64,000 bases of DNA, from NCBI GenBank assembly GCA_965219685.1, contig CBDCOH010000002.1:672001-736000 (forward strand). Direction: 5' to 3'. This DNA comes from Candidatus Spongiisociaceae bacterium (lineage in GTDB: Bacteria > Actinomycetota > Acidimicrobiia > Spongiisociales > Spongiisociaceae). Below the pieces are notes generated by a model, which was not told the DNA's origin, did not search any database, and worked only from the letters and a program-made list of their open reading frames with translations. Made by a program: the position numbers and the translations under genes. Positions 10,436 through 20,127 of this stretch are shown here, piece by piece (the first letter of the stretch is position 1; each line of letters opens with the position of its first letter).

Positions 10436-11365
10436 GTGAGGTACGCGGTGCTCTTTCCCGGGCAGGGAAGCCAGTATGTAGGCATGGGTGCGGAACTATT
10501 CGATGCCCGGCCGGACCTGCTGACGGGTGTGGCCGACCGGGTTCTCGGATGGTCGCTCCGTGAAGTCTGCCTGACCGGACCCGAGGAGTTGCTGACCGCC
10601 ACCGACCGCGCACAGCCGTCCCTCTACGCGCTCGGGTTCGCACTGTGGATGGAACTCGCCGAGCGGGTCGGCCATCCTCCGATCGCGGCCGCCGGCCACT
10701 CGCTCGGTGAATACACGGCGCTTGCCGCTTCGGGTGCCTTCTCGTTCGAGGAGGGGTTGAGGCTGGTCGCCACGCGCGCCGTTGCGATGGCCGAGGCGGT
10801 AAGGCAGGCTCCTTCCGGCATGGCTGCGGTCCTGGGTACGGCGGAGGACAGGGCGGAGGAGGTGGCGGCTTCTCGCCGCGCCGAGGGTGGGCGCCTGTGG
10901 GTTGCGAACCTGAATGCGCCGGGCCAGATTGTTCTGGGAGGAGGTCTCGAGGACATCGATTGGTTGGTCGGCAACGGTCGCCGTCTGGGTATCAGGAGGG
11001 TAGTGAAGCTCAATGTGGCGGGCGCCTTCCACACCCCGCTGATGGGGCCGGCAGCACCGCGGCTCTCCGGGGCGCTCGAACAGATCGAAGTGGAGAGACC
11101 GGGCTTCCGCGTCTGGGCGAACGTGACGGCAACTCCGTACGACACCGGGCAGGCTCGCATGCTTCTGGGCCGCCAGGTGGTGGCTCCGGTGCTCTTCGGC
11201 GCCTCGCTAAGGGCCATGCACGAAGCAGGTGCTGAGGTCTTCGTCCACGTCGGGCCGGGTGACGTGACCGCCGGGCTGGCCAGACGAGCAGTCCGGGGAT
11301 GCAGGGTCTTGGTGGTCTCCTCCATCTCCCAGGCTGAAGAGGCGGCTGCAGTGTTGGGATCGTAG
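10436..11365 (+). CDS. fabD: malonyl-CoA:ACP transacylase
   Basis: FPGQGSQ, GHSLGE, NLNAPGQIV and GAFHT. GTG start at 10436; the ORF-track N-terminal extension is spurious. Confidence 0.95.
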   Translation: MRYAVLFPGQGSQYVGMGAELFDARPDLLTGVADRVLGWSLREVCLTGPEELLTATDRAQPSLYALGFALWMELAERVGHPPIAAAGHSLGEYTALAASGAFSFEEGLRLVATRAVAMAEAVRQAPSGMAAVLGTAEDRAEEVAASRRAEGGRLWVANLNAPGQIVLGGGLEDIDWLVGNGRRLGIRRVVKLNVAGAFHTPLMGPAAPRLSGALEQIEVERPGFRVWANVTATPYDTGQARMLLGRQVVAPVLFGASLRAMHEAGAEVFVHVGPGDVTAGLARRAVRGCRVLVVSSISQAEEAAAVLGS

Positions 11366-11530
11366 GAGCATGACATGGCTGCTCTCCCACGGCCCGGACA
11401 TCCGTTTCCGGTCCCGGTCTTGCTCTCATGGAGAAGTGCGGAGGTCGGTCGCGGAGTGCCCGCCGGGGACTTGCGGCCCTCCAATTACACTAGCCCGGTC
11501 GGTCGGGCGATTATGAGGAGGGCATAGCCT

Positions 11531-12610
11531 GTGTCGCGGTATGCGGAGATCACGGGATGGGGCAAGGCCCTTCCACCTACCGTGCTCTCCAACACCGACC
11601 TCGAATTGATAGTCGAGACAAGTGACGATTGGATAACCAGTCGAAGCGGCATAAAAGAACGCAGGATCTCGCACGTGGCGGCGTCGGAGATGGCCGAACT
11701 AGCGGGCCGCCGCGCCCTCGCGGCGGCCGGCATCGATGCGGGAGGGGTGGATCTCATCTTGAACGCGACCTGCACGCCTGAGTCGATCATCCCCGCCTCG
11801 GCCTCGTACGTGCAGGCCATGCTGGGAGCCACCAACGCCGGCGCGATGGACCTGAACGCGAACTGCTCCGGGTTCGTCTACGGCTACGTGATGGCCGATT
11901 CGCTGATAAGGGCGGGGGCGGCCGATACGGTCCTGCTCATAGGGGTGGAACGCCTCAGTTGGGTGATGGACTACACCGACCGCAGCACCTGCATCCTGTT
12001 CGGCGATGGAGCAGGAGCGGTAGTCCTCCAGGCGACATCTGGAGAGGCTGGAGTGCTCGGCTCCGTGCTCGGCGTGGATGGAACGATGGCCGACATCCTC
12101 TGCGTTCCGAACGACGGCACCATCGAACCGGGTTCGGCGAGCGCCGTGACAAGGATCGTGATGGAGGGTTCTGACGTGTTCCGCCGGGCGGTCACGGCGA
12201 TGGCCGATGCATCGGAGACGGTCGTGCGCCAGGCGGGATGGGAAGTTGACGACATCGACCTGCTTGTCCCTCACCAGGCCAACCAACGCATCATCGACGC
12301 TACCGCCCGGCGCCTCAAGCTGGATCCCGCCCGTGTGATGCTGAATATCCACGCGTACGGCAATACCAGCGCGGCCACCATACCCATCGCTCTGACGGAG
12401 GCGCTCGAGGCCGGCCGTGTCCCGCCTCGCGGCAACCTCGTCTTCGCGGCTTTCGGTGGTGGTCTCACCTGGGCTGCCGCCGCGGTGAGATTCGGCGAGA
12501 GGGTGCTACCTAGGGCGCAGATCGAGGACGACCTGCCGGCCTCCGATCGGTCTGTCTGGGAGCTCCTCCAGCCCAACTTCGACTACTTCGGCAGGTTGGA
12601 GCGACTATGA
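11531..12610 (+). CDS. fabH: 3-oxoacyl-ACP synthase III
   Basis: WITSRSGIKERRI, ANCSGF, LFGDGAGA, PHQAN, GNTSAA and FGGG. Confidence 0.95.
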   Translation: MSRYAEITGWGKALPPTVLSNTDLELIVETSDDWITSRSGIKERRISHVAASEMAELAGRRALAAAGIDAGGVDLILNATCTPESIIPASASYVQAMLGATNAGAMDLNANCSGFVYGYVMADSLIRAGAADTVLLIGVERLSWVMDYTDRSTCILFGDGAGAVVLQATSGEAGVLGSVLGVDGTMADILCVPNDGTIEPGSASAVTRIVMEGSDVFRRAVTAMADASETVVRQAGWEVDDIDLLVPHQANQRIIDATARRLKLDPARVMLNIHAYGNTSAATIPIALTEALEAGRVPPRGNLVFAAFGGGLTWAAAAVRFGERVLPRAQIEDDLPASDRSVWELLQPNFDYFGRLERL

Positions 12611-13341
12611 GCAGGGTGGCCCTGGTCACCGGCGGCTCGCGCGGGATCGGGCGGGCTGTTTCCCTTGAGTTGGCCGGGAGGGGACACACAGTGGCTGTCA
12701 ACTATGCGGCGAGGGTGGACACGGCCCGACAGGTTGTGGAGCAGATCCGTACCAAGGGCGGGGAGGCATCCGCCTTCAAGGCCGATGTGAGTCGCTCCGA
12801 AGACGTGGAGAGGTTGTTTGCCCAAGTGGAAGACCGCTTCGGTCGCCCCACCATCCTGGTCAACAACGCCGGTATCACGGCGGATGGCCTGCTCGTCCGC
12901 CTCGACGAAGAAGTATGGGACCGGGTGATGGACGTCAACCTGAAGTCCGTGTACCTGTGTAGCAAGGCGGCTATCCGGGGCATGCTCCGGGCCCGGTGGG
13001 GGAGGATCGTATCGCTCGCATCGGTAGCCGGGGTGTCGGGTAACCCCGGGCAGACCAATTATGCGGCTTCCAAGGCGGGGGTGATCGCGTTCTCGAAGTC
13101 GCTATCGAAAGAGGTCGGCTCACGAGGCATCACGGTTAACGTCGTGGCGCCGGGATTCATCAAGACCGACCTGACCGCCGGGTTGGAGCGACGGGTCGTG
13201 GAGCGGGTACGCTCAGGCACTAGCCTCCGACGGCTGGGCAGGCCGGTGGAGGTTGCTTCGGCTGTGGGATTCCTGGCCTCGAAAGAAGCGTCATACGTAA
13301 CAGGGCAGGTTCTGGTTGTCGACGGCGGACTTGCCCTGTGA
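12607..13341 (+). CDS. fabG: 3-oxoacyl-ACP reductase
   Basis: TGGSRGIG, NNAGIT, GQTNYAASK and APGFI.TD; fab operon context. Confidence 0.95.
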   Translation: MSRVALVTGGSRGIGRAVSLELAGRGHTVAVNYAARVDTARQVVEQIRTKGGEASAFKADVSRSEDVERLFAQVEDRFGRPTILVNNAGITADGLLVRLDEEVWDRVMDVNLKSVYLCSKAAIRGMLRARWGRIVSLASVAGVSGNPGQTNYAASKAGVIAFSKSLSKEVGSRGITVNVVAPGFIKTDLTAGLERRVVERVRSGTSLRRLGRPVEVASAVGFLASKEASYVTGQVLVVDGGLAL

Positions 13342-13384
13342 AATGGAGACCGACGACGACAAGCACACCAAGGGAGACGGCAAG

Positions 13385-13627
13385 ATGGATCGCTCGCAAG
13401 TCCAGTCGAAGATGCGGGATCTACTCGTGGAGGAACTCGGCCTGGACGCCTCCAAGATCAATGACGAGGCCTTGTTCGAGGAGGACCTGGAGGTGGACTC
13501 GCTCGGCGTGGTGGAGCTCCTGATGGCGCTTGAGGACGAGTTCGGGGTCCGGATTCCGGACGAGGAAGCGGAGACCATCACCTCGGTGGGTCAAGCTGTC
13601 GATCTGGTGCTCGCCAAGCTCGGCTAG
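13385..13627 (+). CDS. acpP: acyl carrier protein
   Basis: EDLEVDSLGVVEL.MALEDEF (DSL phosphopantetheine site). Confidence 0.95.
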   Translation: MDRSQVQSKMRDLLVEELGLDASKINDEALFEEDLEVDSLGVVELLMALEDEFGVRIPDEEAETITSVGQAVDLVLAKLG

Positions 13628-13650
13628 CCGCACCGGCGCTGGAGTGTTCG

Positions 13651-14904
13651 ATGCGTGGTGAGGTCCGGAGGGTGGTGGTGACCGGGATGGGCGCCATAAC
13701 TCCCCTCGGCCATTCGGTTGCCGATACCTGGAAGGCCGCCATGGCCGGCCGCTCGGGTATCGGCCCTATCACCCAGTTCGACTCTTCCAGCGTGGAGACG
13801 GGGTTCGCGGGCGAGGTTCGAGAGTGGGATCCGGAGTCGGTGATCATCAAACGTGAGGCACGGCGGCTGGATCGATCCGCTCAACTCTTCATCGGAGCAG
13901 CCCAGCAGGCGATGGACGATGCAGGATTGGACTTCGTAGCCGACGAGGCCGACGCCGACCGCGCCGGGGTGATCGTCGGGTCGGGTCTAGGTGGGATGCT
14001 GTCCTTTGATACGCAATTGAAAGTGATGTTGAGCCGGGGGGCGCGGCGCATTAGCCCGCTGGCTGTCACGATGATCATTCCGAACGAAGCCGCGGGCGTC
14101 GCATCGATCCGCTTCAACATGAGGGGGCCGGTAACGTGCGTGGTCACGGCTTGCGCGGCGTCGGCGAACGCCATCGGCGATGCCGCCGAAATAATCCGGA
14201 GAGGAGCGGCGGACGTGATGCTGGCGGGCGGCGCCGAGGCGACCATCTGCGAGTTCGGAATCGGATCCTTCAACAAGAGCCGCGCTCTGAGCACGCGCAA
14301 CGACGATCCCGAGGGAGCATCCCGCCCTTTCGACCTCAATCGCGATGGGTTCGTCATGTCCGAGGGAGGGGCATGCCTGGTCCTCGAGTCCCGTGAGAGG
14401 GCCATCGGTCGGGGAGCCAAGATCTACGGAGAGGTGATCGGCTACGGCATGACATCCGACGCCTACCACGTGACCCTTCCGAAGCCCGGCGGGCGGGGTG
14501 CGTCGATGGCGATGCAGGTTGCCCTTGATGACGCGGGTCTGAAGCCGCGGCAACTCGACTATATAAATGCCCACGGTACGTCCACGAAGGCGAACGATGT
14601 CACCGAGACGCTGGCGATCAAGCAGGCGCTGGGGGACAGGGCAGCCCGGTCCGTTCCCATCTCGTCCACCAAGTCGATGAGCGGCCATCTCATGGGAGGT
14701 GCCGGCGCGATCGAGTCCATATTCTGCCTCCAGGCGATGAACACCGGTGTCATACCCCCGACGATCAACTACCAGACGCCGGATCCGGAGTGCGATCTCG
14801 ACTACGTACCCAACGAGGCCAGGGAAGCGCAGGTCGACTACGCCATGACCAACTCCTTCGGGTTCGGCGGGCACAACGTTGCCCTGATCTTCGGTCCGGG
14901 GTGA
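13651..14904 (+). CDS. fabF: 3-oxoacyl-ACP synthase II
   Basis: RRVVVTGMG, TACAAS, NAHGTST, SGHLMG and NSFGFGGHN. Confidence 0.96.
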   Translation: MRGEVRRVVVTGMGAITPLGHSVADTWKAAMAGRSGIGPITQFDSSSVETGFAGEVREWDPESVIIKREARRLDRSAQLFIGAAQQAMDDAGLDFVADEADADRAGVIVGSGLGGMLSFDTQLKVMLSRGARRISPLAVTMIIPNEAAGVASIRFNMRGPVTCVVTACAASANAIGDAAEIIRRGAADVMLAGGAEATICEFGIGSFNKSRALSTRNDDPEGASRPFDLNRDGFVMSEGGACLVLESRERAIGRGAKIYGEVIGYGMTSDAYHVTLPKPGGRGASMAMQVALDDAGLKPRQLDYINAHGTSTKANDVTETLAIKQALGDRAARSVPISSTKSMSGHLMGGAGAIESIFCLQAMNTGVIPPTINYQTPDPECDLDYVPNEAREAQVDYAMTNSFGFGGHNVALIFGPG

Positions 14905-14987
14905 TGAGTAGTGAGTGGTGAGTGGTGAGTAGTGAGTAGTGAGTGGTGAATGGTGAATCAGAAACCACCACTCACCACTCACTACTC
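14904..14987. repeat. paired heptamer array between convergent genes: 8 GTGAGTR/GTGAATG-type units, then inverted CACTCAC x2 plus TACTC
   Basis: Fills the whole gap between the fabF stop and the minus-strand stop at 14982-14984. It could form a hairpin. Confidence 0.92.
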
Positions 14988-15206
14988 CCGGCGTACCGTG
15001 GCGATGGTCACGACGAGACCGAACACGGTGGCCAGTGACGCCACCACGAATAGGAACCCCACCGGCAGCGGGATCCGCCCCAGGAACGCCACCGCTCCGA
15101 TAGCCACCATTCCGAGCACGAGGGCCGCGCCGCCGCCCACGACCAGGCTCACGAGGGCGAAATCGGCCAGAGGGCTTCGACGGTTAGGCTCCCTGTCGGT
15201 TTCCAT
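14982..15206 (-). CDS. small hypothetical membrane protein (2 TM)
   Basis: Two hydrophobic helices; ATG overlaps the upstream TGA (translational coupling). Confidence 0.65.
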   Translation of the reverse strand: METDREPNRRSPLADFALVSLVVGGGAALVLGMVAIGAVAFLGRIPLPVGFLFVVASLATVFGLVVTIATVRRE

Positions 15207-15493
15207 CAGCCTTCACTCGACGCATCCCGGTCGGCCCGTTTCGTGTCACGACTTCGGGTATCGCCGCTCTTCTGCCATTCGCGCCACTCGCGCAACGAGC
15301 GATCGGCTAGAACCACGACGACGCCTACCCCCGCCGCAGCGACCAGACCTGACATGACACCGATCGCGAGGCTGCTCAGCGCACTGCAAGGGGTGTCGGA
15401 GCAACCCACCCGGGTCACTGTCCAACCGATGAATCCTCCCACGACCCCGGCTAACAGGACCGGAACCAGGAACGTGTAGCGGAGTCTGCCCAT
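15206..15493 (-). CDS. small hypothetical membrane protein with Cys pair in loop
   Basis: Two TM helices flanking GCSDTPCS, with C-terminal RSLREW; tightly coupled to its neighbours. Confidence 0.7.
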   Translation of the reverse strand: MGRLRYTFLVPVLLAGVVGGFIGWTVTRVGCSDTPCSALSSLAIGVMSGLVAAAGVGVVVVLADRSLREWREWQKSGDTRSRDTKRADRDASSEG

Positions 15494-15494
15494 C

Positions 15495-16256
15495 TCAGTC
15501 GGACCCTGCCAGGGGTCGGCCCCTCCGGTCGTAGCCGGCCGACTCCATGAGACCCGGCGGTGTGACCTCGGGAAGGATGGACACGGACGTCACCCGCCGC
15601 GGCCGAGATGAATCGACGGCCAGCCGGGCTTCGGCCGTCCAGGACAGGAGAGTGAGGGCCAGTGCCACCGACGCCACACCTGCAGTCGCTGCCGGTCGCA
15701 GCCCTGGACCGGCGGCGACTCCCAGTGGTAGAAGCACTAGTCGAAGTGTCCATAGGGCGCCCGGCAGGGCTCTTGCATAGGCCCAGCCGCCCACCAGTCC
15801 GAAGGCTGCCAGCACCCAACCGGCGGGTGTGACGGCCGGGATTCCCAGACCTGCCACCACGGCGGGCAAACAGATGAGGCCGAAGGCGAGGACGGTCGCC
15901 TTGGTCGGAACCCGGTCGGGCTTCACCTGCTGGAACCAACTGTCGATGGCACATGTCCGGGTCAGAGCGACTCCCGCGGCCAGGGTCGCAAGCGCCCCGA
16001 TCCACACGAGGTCCACTTCCAGAGCGATGGCCGTGAGGGCCCAAGCGCCTCCGGTCACCGCTATCGCGTTCCTCACCCATGGGCCGGGGGATAGGAGTAG
16101 GGCGACCAGGCTGATTGATGTGGCCACCAGCAGACCCAGCGCTAGGAGAGCCGAACTGTTGGCTCCCCACGGTGATGACCCGAACAGCAGCCTGGCGGTC
16201 CACAGAAGACTGCCGGAGAGAATGAAGGCGGCTGCTACGGGGACTCGTCTTGGCAT
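15495..16256 (-). CDS. hypothetical multi-pass membrane protein
   Basis: About 8 hydrophobic segments; ATG at 16256. Confidence 0.7.
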   Translation of the reverse strand: MPRRVPVAAAFILSGSLLWTARLLFGSSPWGANSSALLALGLLVATSISLVALLLSPGPWVRNAIAVTGGAWALTAIALEVDLVWIGALATLAAGVALTRTCAIDSWFQQVKPDRVPTKATVLAFGLICLPAVVAGLGIPAVTPAGWVLAAFGLVGGWAYARALPGALWTLRLVLLPLGVAAGPGLRPAATAGVASVALALTLLSWTAEARLAVDSSRPRRVTSVSILPEVTPPGLMESAGYDRRGRPLAGSD

Positions 16257-16303
16257 GCTCCCATTGTGGCGCACCCTGTCGGTTGTTGAGAAGCCGAAGG
16301 AGC

Positions 16304-16336
16304 AGATGCCCATTGCCCATCCACCACTCACCACCC
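16304..16336. repeat. degenerate C-rich heptamer array (minus strand GGTGAGT GGTGGAT GGGCAAT GGGCATC)
   Basis: Period-7 units just upstream of the Nudix ATG. Confidence 0.6.
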
Positions 16337-16343
16337 CTGTACG

Positions 16344-16898
16344 ATGGCGCCGGTGGCGTTCGGAGTTGAGGATTCCTGGCCGGGAGAGGCGAAGTTCTGT
16401 TCCGATTGTGGAACGCTTCTCGAGCGCGCCCCACTATACGGACGGACGCGTGGTGTCTGCCCCGTTTGCGGTCGGATCGACTTCCGGTCGCCGTCTGTGG
16501 CGGTGGCGGTACTCCTCCGCGACGCGCGGGGTCGCGTCCTGATGGTGAAACGTGGTCCGGGATCCTCGCGTCCCGGTTTCTGGTCGATCCCGGCCGGTTA
16601 CATGGACTACGGCGAGGAAGTCAGGGCTGCGGGGGCCCGAGAGGTGCTCGAGGAGACCGGTCTGGTGGCTGAGTTGGGTGATCCGATCCATGTGGCCACC
16701 AACTTCCACGATCCACTCAAGGTGTGTGTTTGTATCTGGTTCGCCGGGCGCGTGACGGGAGGAGACCCGCGCCCCGGCTCGGACGCGGTCGAAGTCGGGT
16801 GGTTCCCGCTCGATGATCTTCCCGAACTAGCCTTCGCGACGGATGGCGCCCTCTTCGAACAGATGATGGGAGAGGAGAACTCTCGGCTCCCGGATTGA
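16344..16898 (+). CDS. Nudix hydrolase with N-terminal zinc ribbon
   Basis: FCSDCG...CPVCG and Nudix box GYMDYGEEVRAAGAREVLEETG. Confidence 0.92.
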   Translation: MAPVAFGVEDSWPGEAKFCSDCGTLLERAPLYGRTRGVCPVCGRIDFRSPSVAVAVLLRDARGRVLMVKRGPGSSRPGFWSIPAGYMDYGEEVRAAGAREVLEETGLVAELGDPIHVATNFHDPLKVCVCIWFAGRVTGGDPRPGSDAVEVGWFPLDDLPELAFATDGALFEQMMGEENSRLPD

Positions 16899-17005
16899 CT
16901 TTTCCGAGCCGCTGCTCCCACATGAAGCACCTGGACACCGGCCAGACCACTCAGCCGGAGAACCCTCTCCCCGAACCCGAGCGGACCTTCCCGTCACGGG
17001 CTTGG

Positions 17006-17605
17006 TCAAAGGACCGGCGGTTGGCGGGAAGTCTCCCTCCACGGGGTTCCGGCGACGAGGCTGATTATCTCGCAGTGACGCGGCTTGGCTTCGTGCAGCA
17101 GGGTCAGTGGACGACCTGTCAATACCAGGCGGGCCGTCTGGATCGGGTCTTGGTGGCAGACGACCACGATCTCCTGGCAGGGATGCCGACCAGCCAGGGC
17201 CGAGACCGCGCCGCCGATGCGCGTCCCGAGTTCGTCGACGGTCTCCGGTGAGAAGTCCATCTGCAGGGGTGTGTTCAGGTACGCGTCGAGTTCACCCGGC
17301 CGGTACCGGTCGAGTTCTGGCCATGGAAGACCTCTCCATCGATTCATAAGTGCCCACTCCGTCAGGTCCGGAACGACGTTGCAGACCAGGTCGTGGTGGT
17401 CGGCGATCCTCGCGGCCGTCTGAACCGCACGATCGAGGGGTGACGTGTAGACGGAGCCTATCCGGCGAGGCGCGAGAACGCTCCCTGCCCATGCCGCCTG
17501 GCGCCGGCCACGGGCACTCAGATCGAACCCGGGCAGGTCCGCGTACACGGTGTGGTGAGGGTTCTCCACTTCGCCGTGGCGCACCAGATGTACAACGGAG
17601 GCCAT
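17006..17605 (-). CDS. histidine phosphatase (phosphoglycerate mutase) family protein
   Basis: LVRHGE, SPLDRAVQTA and VVCHQDPI. Confidence 0.9.
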   Translation of the reverse strand: MASVVHLVRHGEVENPHHTVYADLPGFDLSARGRRQAAWAGSVLAPRRIGSVYTSPLDRAVQTAARIADHHDLVCNVVPDLTEWALMNRWRGLPWPELDRYRPGELDAYLNTPLQMDFSPETVDELGTRIGGAVSALAGRHPCQEIVVVCHQDPIQTARLVLTGRPLTLLHEAKPRHCEIISLVAGTPWRETSRQPPVL

Positions 17606-17634
17606 GGGTACAAAGGCTACCCCGGCCAACGTCT

Positions 17635-17698
17635 GTAGTCAGTAGTTGCTAGCCGGTAGTATCGAATCGTCAACTACCAACTACCAACTACCAACTAA
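17635..17698. repeat. paired heptamer array between divergent genes: GTAGTCA GTAGTTG CTAGCCG GTAGTAT / (CAACTAC)x3 CAACTAA
   Basis: Inverted arms separated by 8 bp. Confidence 0.88.
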
Positions 17699-17718
17699 TC
17701 CTCTAGGTTTGACCGCAC

Positions 17719-18918
17719 ATGGACGAGCCGCGTATCACAGAGCCCATACTCCATGTGGATATGGATGCCTTCTACGTGGAGGTGGAACGACTCGACGACC
17801 GGAGGCTGGTGGGCCGGCCGGTGGTCGTCGGTGGTGAGGGACCAAGAGGGGTGGTGGCGTCCGCCTCCTACGAGGTCAGGGCCACGGGTGTTCGCTCGGC
17901 CATGCCGATGAGCACCGCCCGGCGGATGTGTCCCGGATTGGTAATCGTGCCGCCCCGGCATCGCCGTTACGGGGAGATCTCGGAGCAGGTCTTCTCCATA
18001 TTCCAGGATTTCACTCCCCTGGTGCAGGGGCTCTCCGTCGATGAAGCCTTCCTAGACATACGCGGTCTGCGCAGGCACTACCCGGACAGCCTCGCCGTGG
18101 CCGAGGCGATCCGGACTCGGATCAGGCGCGAACTGCACCTTCCTGCCTCGGTGGGCGCCGCTACCTCTCTGTACCTGGCCAAGATGGCGTCTGGATACGC
18201 CAAGCCGGACGGTGTCCATATCGTCACCGAAGGAAGCGAGAACGCGTTCCTGGAGCCCCTCGACGTTCAGGAGTTGTGGGGAGTTGGCAAGGCCACCCGG
18301 CGCAAGCTGGCCTCGATGGGGATAGGCACCGTGGGGCAACTGGCCCAGGTGCCGCTGCCGCTCCTCCGGCGTCACCTGGGAGACGCCACGGGGGATCACC
18401 TCCACCGCCTGGCCAACGGGGTCGACGCGAGGGTCGTCGAGCCTCACGGTGGTGCCAAGTCGATCTCGGTCGAGCAGACCTTCAGGGAGGACATCTCGGG
18501 TGTCGAGGCGCTGCGTTTCCGACTGCTACGCCAGGCCGATCAGGTTGGGTGGAGGTTACGCCGAGCAGGACTCGCTGGACGTACAGTCTCCCTCAAACTC
18601 CGGTATGCCGACTTCAAGACCATCACCCGCGCGGAGACATTGCGAGCCGCTACCGATGTGTCTAGGGAGGTCTACGAGTCCTGCTGTCGCCTGTTGGACC
18701 GGGCCGGAGTAGGCGATCGGTCTGTCCGGCTTCTTGGCGTCTCGGTCAGTGGTTTGCGGGCGAGTGACGCGCCGCGCCAGTTGATGGTCGACCATGAGGA
18801 ACGCTGGGAGCATCTGGAGGAGGCCATAGACGAGTTGAGGGTTCGCTTCGGTCGCCATGTTGTGGAGCCCGCGCGTCTCCGGCCCCTGGATTCCGATCGT
18901 GCAGCTCGCGACGCCTGA
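17719..18918 (+). CDS. dinB: DNA polymerase IV (Y family)
   Basis: ILHVDMDAFY.EVE, SASYE.R..GVRSAMP, LSVDEAF and KLRYADF.TITR. Confidence 0.96.
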   Translation: MDEPRITEPILHVDMDAFYVEVERLDDRRLVGRPVVVGGEGPRGVVASASYEVRATGVRSAMPMSTARRMCPGLVIVPPRHRRYGEISEQVFSIFQDFTPLVQGLSVDEAFLDIRGLRRHYPDSLAVAEAIRTRIRRELHLPASVGAATSLYLAKMASGYAKPDGVHIVTEGSENAFLEPLDVQELWGVGKATRRKLASMGIGTVGQLAQVPLPLLRRHLGDATGDHLHRLANGVDARVVEPHGGAKSISVEQTFREDISGVEALRFRLLRQADQVGWRLRRAGLAGRTVSLKLRYADFKTITRAETLRAATDVSREVYESCCRLLDRAGVGDRSVRLLGVSVSGLRASDAPRQLMVDHEERWEHLEEAIDELRVRFGRHVVEPARLRPLDSDRAARDA

Positions 18919-19082
18919 GCGGTCACCGAGCGGAGGCGGGTGTGCCGGGTAGGGGCTGTACCTCCCGCTAGCTCTACGTTTCCGGCTTCCAGAACGGGCG
19001 ACCACTCCGGGCCTTCGCTTCACGCTTGCGCTCAGGGGTGCGTATACTGTGCAGGGCTGACGTTGAGAGCGGGGCGGCTTCG

Positions 19083-19418
19083 ATGCCTTTGAACGAGCGG
19101 GAGCAGCAGATACTCGAGGAGATCGAGCGGCAGTTCCGTGATGATCCCGAGTTCGTGCGCAAGGCATCGTCCCTTTCTGATCTCGACCATGGGAACCCTC
19201 GACTTCCGGCGGCCGGAGTTGCCTTGGGGCTGGTACTGCTCGGCACGTTCTGGCTCGACAGGGTGGGGACCTGGTTGGCCTTGGGCGGGTTCGGTCTGCT
19301 GGTCCTGTCGATCAGCGCGCTGGTCCAGAAGAGACGCGGCTCGGGCAGCGGCTCGGACACCTACTCGCGGGATTTCTTGTCGAGCGCGAAGAACTCCCGC
19401 TGGCCGTTCCGACGCTGA
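19083..19418 (+). CDS. DUF3040 membrane protein
   Basis: MPLNEREQQILEEIERQF..DDPEF followed by two TM helices. Upstream TTCACG-N18-TATACT is promoter-like. Confidence 0.85.
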   Translation: MPLNEREQQILEEIERQFRDDPEFVRKASSLSDLDHGNPRLPAAGVALGLVLLGTFWLDRVGTWLALGGFGLLVLSISALVQKRRGSGSGSDTYSRDFLSSAKNSRWPFRR

Positions 19419-19495
19419 CGGACCATCCCCACTACAGTAAATCGGTCTGAGGCGGAGGGGTTGATGAGACTGTCGAACTGCTTCGCGCCGGGCGT

Positions 19496-19519
19496 TGCAA
19501 CTGCCCACTGAGGGTTGCA
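19496..19519. promoter_or_regulatory. palindrome TGCAAC-N12-GTTGCA upstream of MerR gene (candidate operator)
   Basis: Perfect 6-bp arms about 60 bp upstream of the ATG. Confidence 0.4.
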
Positions 19520-19577
19520 GATGAGGGAAATGAATCCGGTTCGGGGTGTGCGCTCGTACTCCCCTGGTCCAAGGGAG

Positions 19578-20075
19578 ATGGTCTTGCAAGAGGGTTTCAC
19601 TGCCGAACAGGCGTCGAGGCTAACAGGGTGTACGTCGTCCCAACTCCGCTATTGGGACTCCGTCCGGCTGGTCCAGCCGTCGATCCAGAAGACCGGAGGG
19701 CGCCCCGGCGTCCGGAGGGTTTACTCATTCCGGGATCTGGTGCAGTTAAGAGCGGTGAGGAGTCTCAAGGACAATGGAATGTCCCTCCAGCGAATCAGGC
19801 GGGCCTGGGGTTACCTGAGCCGCAACGGTGTCGATCCCCGTACTGTGAGGCTGGTCACAGATGGCGTGTCGATTTTCCAGATCGCCCAGGAAGACGATGA
19901 GATAATCGACATTCTTCGCGAGGGCCAGTTGGCGTTCTTCGTTGCACTCGACGAGATCGCCCGGAATGTCGAGGAGGACCTGACCCTCTTCGAGTTGGAC
20001 CGCGACAAGTTTCTCTCGGTCCTCCAGAGCACCCAGGAGGAGGTGTCCCGCCGGATCGAGGCCGCCTCCGGCTAA
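19578..20075 (+). CDS. MerR-family transcriptional regulator (actinobacterial Rv1830/McdR-like)
   Basis: GFT...A..LTG.T..QLRYW....LV.PSI......G.RR.YSFRDL..L..V..L.D.G.SLQRIR, plus C-terminal L.TDG..IF....E.IDIL..GQ..F. Confidence 0.88.
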   Translation: MVLQEGFTAEQASRLTGCTSSQLRYWDSVRLVQPSIQKTGGRPGVRRVYSFRDLVQLRAVRSLKDNGMSLQRIRRAWGYLSRNGVDPRTVRLVTDGVSIFQIAQEDDEIIDILREGQLAFFVALDEIARNVEEDLTLFELDRDKFLSVLQSTQEEVSRRIEAASG

Positions 20076-20127
20076 CGGATTCAGCGGCGATCGGTCCGTG
20101 GGCGTAGACGGGGCTTGATGGACAGCT

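Noticed and set aside
10436-14904. fab genes as a type II polyketide cluster
   Set aside because: Canonical fabD-H-G-acpP-F with no chain-length factor or tailoring genes; the SRPBCC gene is 5.5 kb away in a different context.
17630-17718. LexA/SOS box upstream of dinB
   Set aside because: No CGAAC-N4-GTTCG match; the region is occupied by the heptamer pair.
18919-19020. GC-rich hairpin region after dinB as a tRNA or ncRNA
   Set aside because: No cloverleaf or T-loop signature; only a weak GC stem.
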